NCBI GenBank assembly: GCA_965200575.1
Contig: OZ241363.1
Span: forward strand, 24,415 to 88,414
Direction of reading: 5' to 3'
DNA from: Thermoanaerobaculia bacterium
Lineage (GTDB): Bacteria; Acidobacteriota; Thermoanaerobaculia; Multivoradales; Multivoraceae
Length of the DNA: 64,000 nucleotides
Shown here: one piece after another, positions 58,527-64,000 of the stretch
Layout of the letters: every line of letters starts with the position of its first letter
How positions within the stretch are numbered: position 1 is the stretch's first letter
Made by a program: the position numbers and the translations under genes
Notes under the pieces: model-generated
Databases searched by the model: none
What the model was told of the DNA's origin: nothing
The model's input: the letters and a program-made list of their open reading frames with translations, nothing else

Positions 58527-59959
58527 GCTCGGTCCTCTTCCTCTCGCGGCGCGCCGGGCGCACGCTCGTTCGCGACATCGTGCACGGTACTGCCGATCGT
58601 GCCGCCTTGAACGCTCGTCCGGAGCCGAACCCCTGCCGCGACATCGTCGATGCTCCGCACCAGCTGACCGCCTTCGGTGCGAGTCAGGCTGAAGCCGCGC
58701 TCCAGCGTCCGCTCCGGCGACAGATGCTCGCACAGACGACCGTGAGCCTCCACCCGCTCGGCGACGCGGGCCAGCAACCGCTCCGCCGCCGGGGAAACGC
58801 GTGCCTCCTGGCGGCGACAGTCCGCCACGCGGGCCTTCAGGGCCCTTCGAGCGGGACCCGGCAGACGGCCGGCCGTTGCGGCCAGACGAGTGCTGGCGCC
58901 CGCGACGATGATCGGCGCCCGTGTGCGCAGCTTCAGGCCGAGCTCGTCAACGGCACGCTTGGCCGCCCTGCCGGCGCGCTCGGCGGCGCGCACCAGACCG
59001 CGTTGCACCGCCTCGTAGCCAGCCGCGCAATCTCGCAGAAGGGAGCTGCCGGTCGATGCCAGCCTCGCGCCTGCATCGTGGATCCTGCGAGTCGTCGTCT
59101 CGACCCGGGTCACCAGATACTCGGCTGCCTCGGTCGGCGTCTTGCACGACGAATGTGCGACCAGGTCGACGATGGACTGGTCGATCTGGTGGCCGACGCC
59201 GCAGACCACCGGCAGCGGGGAGAGCGCCACGGCGCGCGCGACGCGACGGCTGTCGAAGGCGGCCAGGTCGGAGCGCGAGCCGCCGCCCCGTACCAGCGCC
59301 ACCGCGTCCAGACTGCCACCGCGGCGGAGGAAGGTGCGCAGCAGGCGGAAGGCGCGCTCGATCTCGACCTCGGCCATGGCGCCCTGCACGGTGGAGTGGA
59401 CGTTGAACACCCGAAAGCCGACACCGGACTGCACGAGCGTGTCCATGAAGTCGGCCTCGGCGGCGCTGCCCGCGGACGTCACCAGCGCGACGTCAAGCGG
59501 CATCAGGGGCAGATCCAGGCCCCGGTTGCGCTCCAGCAGCTCCTCGCGCTTCAGCGCCTTGAGAGTCTCTCGGCGGCGTCTCTCCAGATCGCCCAGCAAG
59601 AACACGGGGTCCACGTCGTTGATCGCGAACCGGAGCCTGCCTCCGCCGGGCCAGAAGTCGGGATTGCCGCGACAACGCAGGACGACCCCCTCCGTCAGTT
59701 CCACGCCTGCGCGCCGGAAGGCCGCTTCCGCCAGCCGACGCGGGCTCGACCAAAGCACGCAGTCGAGCCTCCCCTCGATCTTGTCGCCTCGCCCCTTCTC
59801 GACCAGCTCGAAGTACAGATGGCCGGTCGCGGCCGAGTGCAGGCGCTGGACCTCTCCCGCTACCCAGACCGACGGCCAGGCGTCGGCGAGCAGGCCCTTC
59901 ACCTCCCAGGCGAACTGCGAGATGGAGTACGTGCCGTCGGGCAGCGGGGAGCCTGGCAA
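58523..59959 (-). CDS. xseA: Exodeoxyribonuclease VII large subunit
   Basis: VWV.GEV, GHLYF.L, VTS.GSAA..DF, VQG..A, RGGGS..DL..FD, GVGH..D....DLVA...KTPT.AAE, SPERTL.RGFS. Confidence 0.95.
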   Translation of the reverse strand: MPGSPLPDGTYSISQFAWEVKGLLADAWPSVWVAGEVQRLHSAATGHLYFELVEKGRGDKIEGRLDCVLWSSPRRLAEAAFRRAGVELTEGVVLRCRGNPDFWPGGGRLRFAINDVDPVFLLGDLERRRRETLKALKREELLERNRGLDLPLMPLDVALVTSAGSAAEADFMDTLVQSGVGFRVFNVHSTVQGAMAEVEIERAFRLLRTFLRRGGSLDAVALVRGGGSRSDLAAFDSRRVARAVALSPLPVVCGVGHQIDQSIVDLVAHSSCKTPTEAAEYLVTRVETTTRRIHDAGARLASTGSSLLRDCAAGYEAVQRGLVRAAERAGRAAKRAVDELGLKLRTRAPIIVAGASTRLAATAGRLPGPARRALKARVADCRRQEARVSPAAERLLARVAERVEAHGRLCEHLSPERTLERGFSLTRTEGGQLVRSIDDVAAGVRLRTSVQGGTIGSTVHDVANERAPGAPREEEDRA

Positions 59960-60037
59960 CCGACTACGGCCGGACGCCGGCGCGACCGGGCGCGCCGCAA
60001 CGGCGGGCCGGAAGGCCCTCGTGGCCGCCGACCCCGC

Positions 60038-60592
60038 TCAATGGAAGCTCTCCAGCTCGGCCTTCGACTCCATCGGAATCGACTCGGCCCAGTTCAGCGC
60101 CGTGCGGTCGCCGATGGTCAGCTTCTCGACGAAGTTGAGCGCGTCGTCGCGGTGGCTGAAGAGCCGCCAGATGAACGTGTGGCCGGCCGGGGCGGTGAAG
60201 TAGGTGTAGTCCCGCATGCCGCCACTGAGATCGAACCCGAGGTCCGACTCGCCGTTCACGCCGACGCAGTACATCGCGATCGCGCGGTAGGCCAGCGCGA
60301 GGGCCTTGAGCGGCTCCTCGAAGTCGGACAGCTCCTCGCGGGAGAGGGGCGAGTGGTACAGCGCGAGCTTCGACCCGTCCTCCTCGGCCAGCACGCTGTA
60401 CGGAACCTCCGCCCGGTCCAGGGCATCGCGAGTCTCGCTGGTCATGACGAACACGTCCTCGGTGTCCGTGTCCTCGACCTTGTAGGCGATGGCGAACGTG
60501 TCCGTGTCGAGACCGGCGAAGCACTCGGCCAGGATGCCTTCGTCGTCAACCGTGAAGTAGAAGAGATGGGAACTGATCCGTCGGGTTGCCAT
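60038..60592 (-). CDS. Hypothetical cytoplasmic protein
   Basis: Acidic 184-aa ORF with SD GAGGA, strong GC3 bias and an upstream TAGAAT. Confidence 0.75.
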   Translation of the reverse strand: MATRRISSHLFYFTVDDEGILAECFAGLDTDTFAIAYKVEDTDTEDVFVMTSETRDALDRAEVPYSVLAEEDGSKLALYHSPLSREELSDFEEPLKALALAYRAIAMYCVGVNGESDLGFDLSGGMRDYTYFTAPAGHTFIWRLFSHRDDALNFVEKLTIGDRTALNWAESIPMESKAELESFH

Positions 60593-60774
60593 GTTCGATT
60601 GCACTCCTCAGCGGCCAGAACGGCCACGCGACCGGCCATTCTACAGGAGAGGCCGCCGACAGCCCCGTCAGTCCCCTCGGCCCTGCCGGCTCACAGTAGT
60701 GCTGTGGCGGTCTCGCTGCGGTCGGCCCGGCCGGGACCAGGCCTGGTGGCGAGGTGGAAGCCGAGCTGCAGGCG

Positions 60775-61449
60775 CTACGGCGCCCCGTGCTGGCGGAGGA
60801 AGCGGTCGAGCAGGTCTCGCTCGGCCGGGGTCGTGTCCTCCAGGGGAATCAGGTACTCGCCGCCCGGGGCTGGCAGCGCGACGTCGACCAGGGTCACGGC
60901 ACGCTCGATGGCGGCGCAGTCGAGGCTGATCAGAACCAGGGCCATCTGCCGACAAACCGCCGAGAGCCGGGCGCCGAGCTCGCTCTCGATACGCACCCGG
61001 GTGGTCGCGGGCAGGCGGACGGTGCGCACGTGGTATCCCTCCGCATCCCGCCGAATCTCGACCTCTCCTTCGAGCTCCAGTGTCTGGCGGGGCACGACGA
61101 GCTCCTGGGTCAGCTGACTCTTCACACTGCCGATGACGATGTCGGCCAGGATCAGGCCCGCGCCCGAGACCTCCAGTACCACTTCGGTCTCGAAGTTGCC
61201 GTCGCCCCGCGCCACCAGCCTGGCCTCGTGTCGATGCACGGTCAGTGCGTGCTCGGGCGAGCGCAGCACGACCTCCGCCGGGCCGATGTCCACCAGCGCC
61301 ACGTCCTCGATCAACTCCTCGTACACGCGGTCCAGCCGCTCGAACGAGATCGTCGCGACGGCTTCCTCGCCGACCTGAAGGAGCGGCAGCGCGGCAAGCA
61401 GCAGCCCCGGACACGCGACCGCCAGAAGCAGCCTCGCGGCCGCGATCAC
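60775..61449 (-). CDS. Hypothetical exported protein
   Basis: N-terminal hydrophobic signal; GTGA overlap with the upstream VWA gene. Confidence 0.72.
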   Translation of the reverse strand: MIAAARLLLAVACPGLLLAALPLLQVGEEAVATISFERLDRVYEELIEDVALVDIGPAEVVLRSPEHALTVHRHEARLVARGDGNFETEVVLEVSGAGLILADIVIGSVKSQLTQELVVPRQTLELEGEVEIRRDAEGYHVRTVRLPATTRVRIESELGARLSAVCRQMALVLISLDCAAIERAVTLVDVALPAPGGEYLIPLEDTTPAERDLLDRFLRQHGAP

Positions 61450-63950
61450 GGGTAGTAGCCGCTGATTGTGCGCGCTTTCAGACGTCCCTTGACCCGCACC
61501 TCGACCTGGCGGTACTCGTCGCTGGCGTCCTGCCGGTCGGAGTTGTACGCCAGCAGGTACTGGGACCGAAGCTCGCGCTCGATGTCGCCGTAGACCGGGG
61601 CCAGCTCCTCGGCCCTGGAGATGAAGAACGACCTGCCGCCGGTCACGCTCGCGAGATCGCTCAGCTTGTTGCGCAGACCGATCTGGGTGCGACCCACGCC
61701 GAGGCCGATCGTGTAGATCGCCACCCCGGAACGTCGGGCGTACTCCTCCACGTCGCGGAAGCTGATCGCACTCGACGTGTCCTCGCCGTCCGAGAGCAGC
61801 ACCAGGGCCCGGCGGCCCCGCACGCCCCGGAAGTAGTAGAGGCTCGTGATGAGCGCATCGTGCAGGGCCGTGGCGCCGACCGCGCGCAGCCGCTCGATCG
61901 ACTCGGCCACCGCGCCGACGTCGGTGGTGCGGCCGATCAGTAGCTCTGGCCGCGTGGCGAAGGCCACGGCGAACGTGCGGTCGCGCGGCGTGATCATGCT
62001 GGTCAGGAACTGCGAGGCCGTCCGTCGGGCTTCGCCCAGGGAGTTCTCCATCGAACCGGACGTGTCGATCACGACGCCGAGGGTTAGCGGCAGGTCATCG
62101 ACCAGCTCGAACCGGGCCAGCTGCTGCCGTCGACCGTCCTCCAGGACGGTGAAGTCGCTCTCGGCCACAGTCGTCACCGGACGGTTCTGGCCGTCCACGA
62201 CCGTCGTGTAGAGCTCGACCAGGTCCACCTCCAGGTTCTCGGTGAAGTCGGGCGCGTTCAGGAAGCGGACATCCTCGGCGCGGCTGCCGTCGTCGAGGGT
62301 CGCCGTCACGGTCAGGTAGACCAGGTCCTGATCCCCCGACCCCGCCGGCGCCTCCACCGTGGCTCGCCAGGGCGGCTGGTTCAGAGTGCTCACCAGCTCT
62401 CCGCCGACGCTGAAGGTCACCGTGTCGATGAAGCGCTCCTCGGGCACCACGACCGAGGCCGACGCCTCCACGGCGCCCGCGACGCGGACCCCGCGACGCG
62501 GCTCGTTGATCGTGACCCGCAGCTCGCCCCGCTGCTGGTTCAGCACCACCTCGTCCGAGTCGACCACCTCCCCCTCCTCGTTCAGGCCCTCCACTCGAAC
62601 CACCTGCTCCTCCGGGTACCTGGCAAGCCGCACCTCGGCGGTGAAGGGCGGCCGCCGCCTTGTCACCTGGACCGTGCCGTCGACGAGAAAGCGCACCCCG
62701 GCGATCTCGTCCCCCGTCACCAGCGTGTCCGCCCGCCAGAGGCCAATCACCACCTCGTTCTCGGGCGGCACGAGCATGATCGCGTTGCGGGCGTCCAGAA
62801 CCGTCTCCGGCAGGTCCTCCGACGCCATGACCAGCCGCAGCTGATCCTCCGCCGTCGCCGGCGCCGCCGCAGGCTCGGCCGGCACCTCGACCGGCACGGA
62901 GAGGAAGGCCGCGGCGCCGCCTATCTCGTCGCGCACGACCAGGCGCAGGAGGACAACCGACCCCGGCCGCAGGAGACGCTCGACCGGCAGCGCAAGCGGG
63001 CGGTCCGGCGGTGGAGCGCCGCCCACGAACCGAACCCTGAACGTGTCGAAGACCCGTCCGGGCTGCTCGACCATGCCCTGCACGTTGATGCGCGTCTCCT
63101 CGCGGCCGTCGTCGGCCACGAACGGCTCGACCGCAGCGCCCGGAGGCAGCGACAGGAGGACGTTGGCGACGATCCTCTGCCCGCGCCGCTCGGGAAAGGT
63201 GAGGATCGGGCTTTCGAGCTCCAGAGGCGGCGGACCGCGCACCACATCGGCTGCGGCCAGCTCGGCCCAGGCATCGAGGTTGCGCGGCGGCGCCAGCCAG
63301 GAGAGGAAGGACTCCGTGGTCGGCCGCTGGCGCCGGAAGCCGAACAGACCTCCGATCCCCGTAACCTGGTCGACCAGGCGAGCCTCCCTGCAGATCTGCA
63401 GGTCGAACCGCCGCGCCCTGATCAGGCCCCGCAGCTCCTCGTACTGCTCCAGCCAGTACTCCATCTCCGGCATGTAGAGAACCCGCTTCGAATCATCCGG
63501 CAGCCAGAGCCGATACAGCTCGTTCGGCTTCGGCTGGTAGACGACCAGGCTCGTGTGCTCGCCCTCCTCCGGGCCGTAGCGCCAGATCTCCAGCGGGCGG
63601 AACGTCTGGTCGCAGTCGATCGGGTCGATGGCGTCGGGCTGGCCGTGCAGGAACAGCAGCTGCGCCCGCACGTCCAGGAAGGGAAGGCCAGCGAGCCGTA
63701 CCCGCATGCGGCGCTGGCGCACCGCTTCGTCGACCTGGCCGCGGCCGAGGAAGGTCTCGACGTACTGGCGACGTGACGCCCCGTCCATGCCGAGAACCCG
63801 CTCCTGCTCTTCCGCCGAGAGCAGGAACTGGGGGCCGTCGAGCAGGAACTCCCGCTCGTCGGCGCTCCACGAGGCGACCTGCCAGTCGGGGGTCTGAGCG
63901 ACTGCGAACGCCGGCGCCAGCGCCACTGCCAGGAGCGCCAGCCTCACCAC
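61446..63950 (-). CDS. GWxTD-like + Ig-like + VWA (acidobacterial VWFA-related) secreted protein
   Basis: Signal peptide; GPQFLLS.EE...RRQYVE.F...D.RAQLLFLHGQPD...EIWRY; two FLVDG...PP(F/W) Ig-like units; MIDAS IDTSGSM, TALHDA, LLSDGED, TGGRSF, ELRSQY.LAY. Confidence 0.88.
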   Translation of the reverse strand: MVRLALLAVALAPAFAVAQTPDWQVASWSADEREFLLDGPQFLLSAEEQERVLGMDGASRRQYVETFLGRGQVDEAVRQRRMRVRLAGLPFLDVRAQLLFLHGQPDAIDPIDCDQTFRPLEIWRYGPEEGEHTSLVVYQPKPNELYRLWLPDDSKRVLYMPEMEYWLEQYEELRGLIRARRFDLQICREARLVDQVTGIGGLFGFRRQRPTTESFLSWLAPPRNLDAWAELAAADVVRGPPPLELESPILTFPERRGQRIVANVLLSLPPGAAVEPFVADDGREETRINVQGMVEQPGRVFDTFRVRFVGGAPPPDRPLALPVERLLRPGSVVLLRLVVRDEIGGAAAFLSVPVEVPAEPAAAPATAEDQLRLVMASEDLPETVLDARNAIMLVPPENEVVIGLWRADTLVTGDEIAGVRFLVDGTVQVTRRRPPFTAEVRLARYPEEQVVRVEGLNEEGEVVDSDEVVLNQQRGELRVTINEPRRGVRVAGAVEASASVVVPEERFIDTVTFSVGGELVSTLNQPPWRATVEAPAGSGDQDLVYLTVTATLDDGSRAEDVRFLNAPDFTENLEVDLVELYTTVVDGQNRPVTTVAESDFTVLEDGRRQQLARFELVDDLPLTLGVVIDTSGSMENSLGEARRTASQFLTSMITPRDRTFAVAFATRPELLIGRTTDVGAVAESIERLRAVGATALHDALITSLYYFRGVRGRRALVLLSDGEDTSSAISFRDVEEYARRSGVAIYTIGLGVGRTQIGLRNKLSDLASVTGGRSFFISRAEELAPVYGDIERELRSQYLLAYNSDRQDASDEYRQVEVRVKGRLKARTISGYYP

Positions 63951-64000
63951 GACATGCGGTAGAGCATCCAGTACACGACCACACCGGTCACGGACACGTA

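Noticed and set aside
58580-61117. 845-aa plus-strand ORF
   Set aside because: Antisense shadow of xseA and two neighbouring genes.

Overview
GC-rich bacterial window. The gene repertoire (GWxTD-VWA protein, carboxypeptidase-regulatory repeat protein, a Cys-bracketed C-terminal 'NWE.LVKVL.GC' domain) suggests Acidobacteriota, probably Thermoanaerobaculia/Holophagae-like. Sulfatases, PQQ dehydrogenases, DUF3604 and a giant Calx-beta/Fn3 protein fit a marine or host-associated lifestyle (inference). Bases 1-20.1 kb hold a 5'-truncated giant surface protein (>6,690 aa). It has two complete kexin-like S8 protease + P-domain heads with no visible propeptide, separated by a ~3,900-aa stalk of near-identical repeats whose period shrinks 1971 to 1284 to 948 bp. 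The next gene encodes a small secreted propeptide-like protein, a candidate trans-acting chaperone. After that come IS remnants, a DUF3604 lipoprotein, a decayed MNT-HEPN toxin-antitoxin pair, rarA, two divergent sulfatases, msrA, ybjQ and two divergent atypical PQQ dehydrogenases. A sulfur-carrier cluster follows (cysM-like, JAMM/Mec, Ubl::MoeB::rhodanese fusion, HAD, ygfZ, MoaD::MoaE fusion) with an Rrf2/IscR-like operator. The rest is a Moco oxidoreductase, two uncharacterised secreted proteins, a BtuF-like protein, argCJBDHR with tandem ARG boxes, xseA-xseB-rhomboid (XseB ends in an SSB-like DDDLPF tail) and a GWxTD-Ig-VWA protein. I recognised no rRNA, tRNA or true CRISPR array. All family calls come from motif recognition by eye, not database searches.
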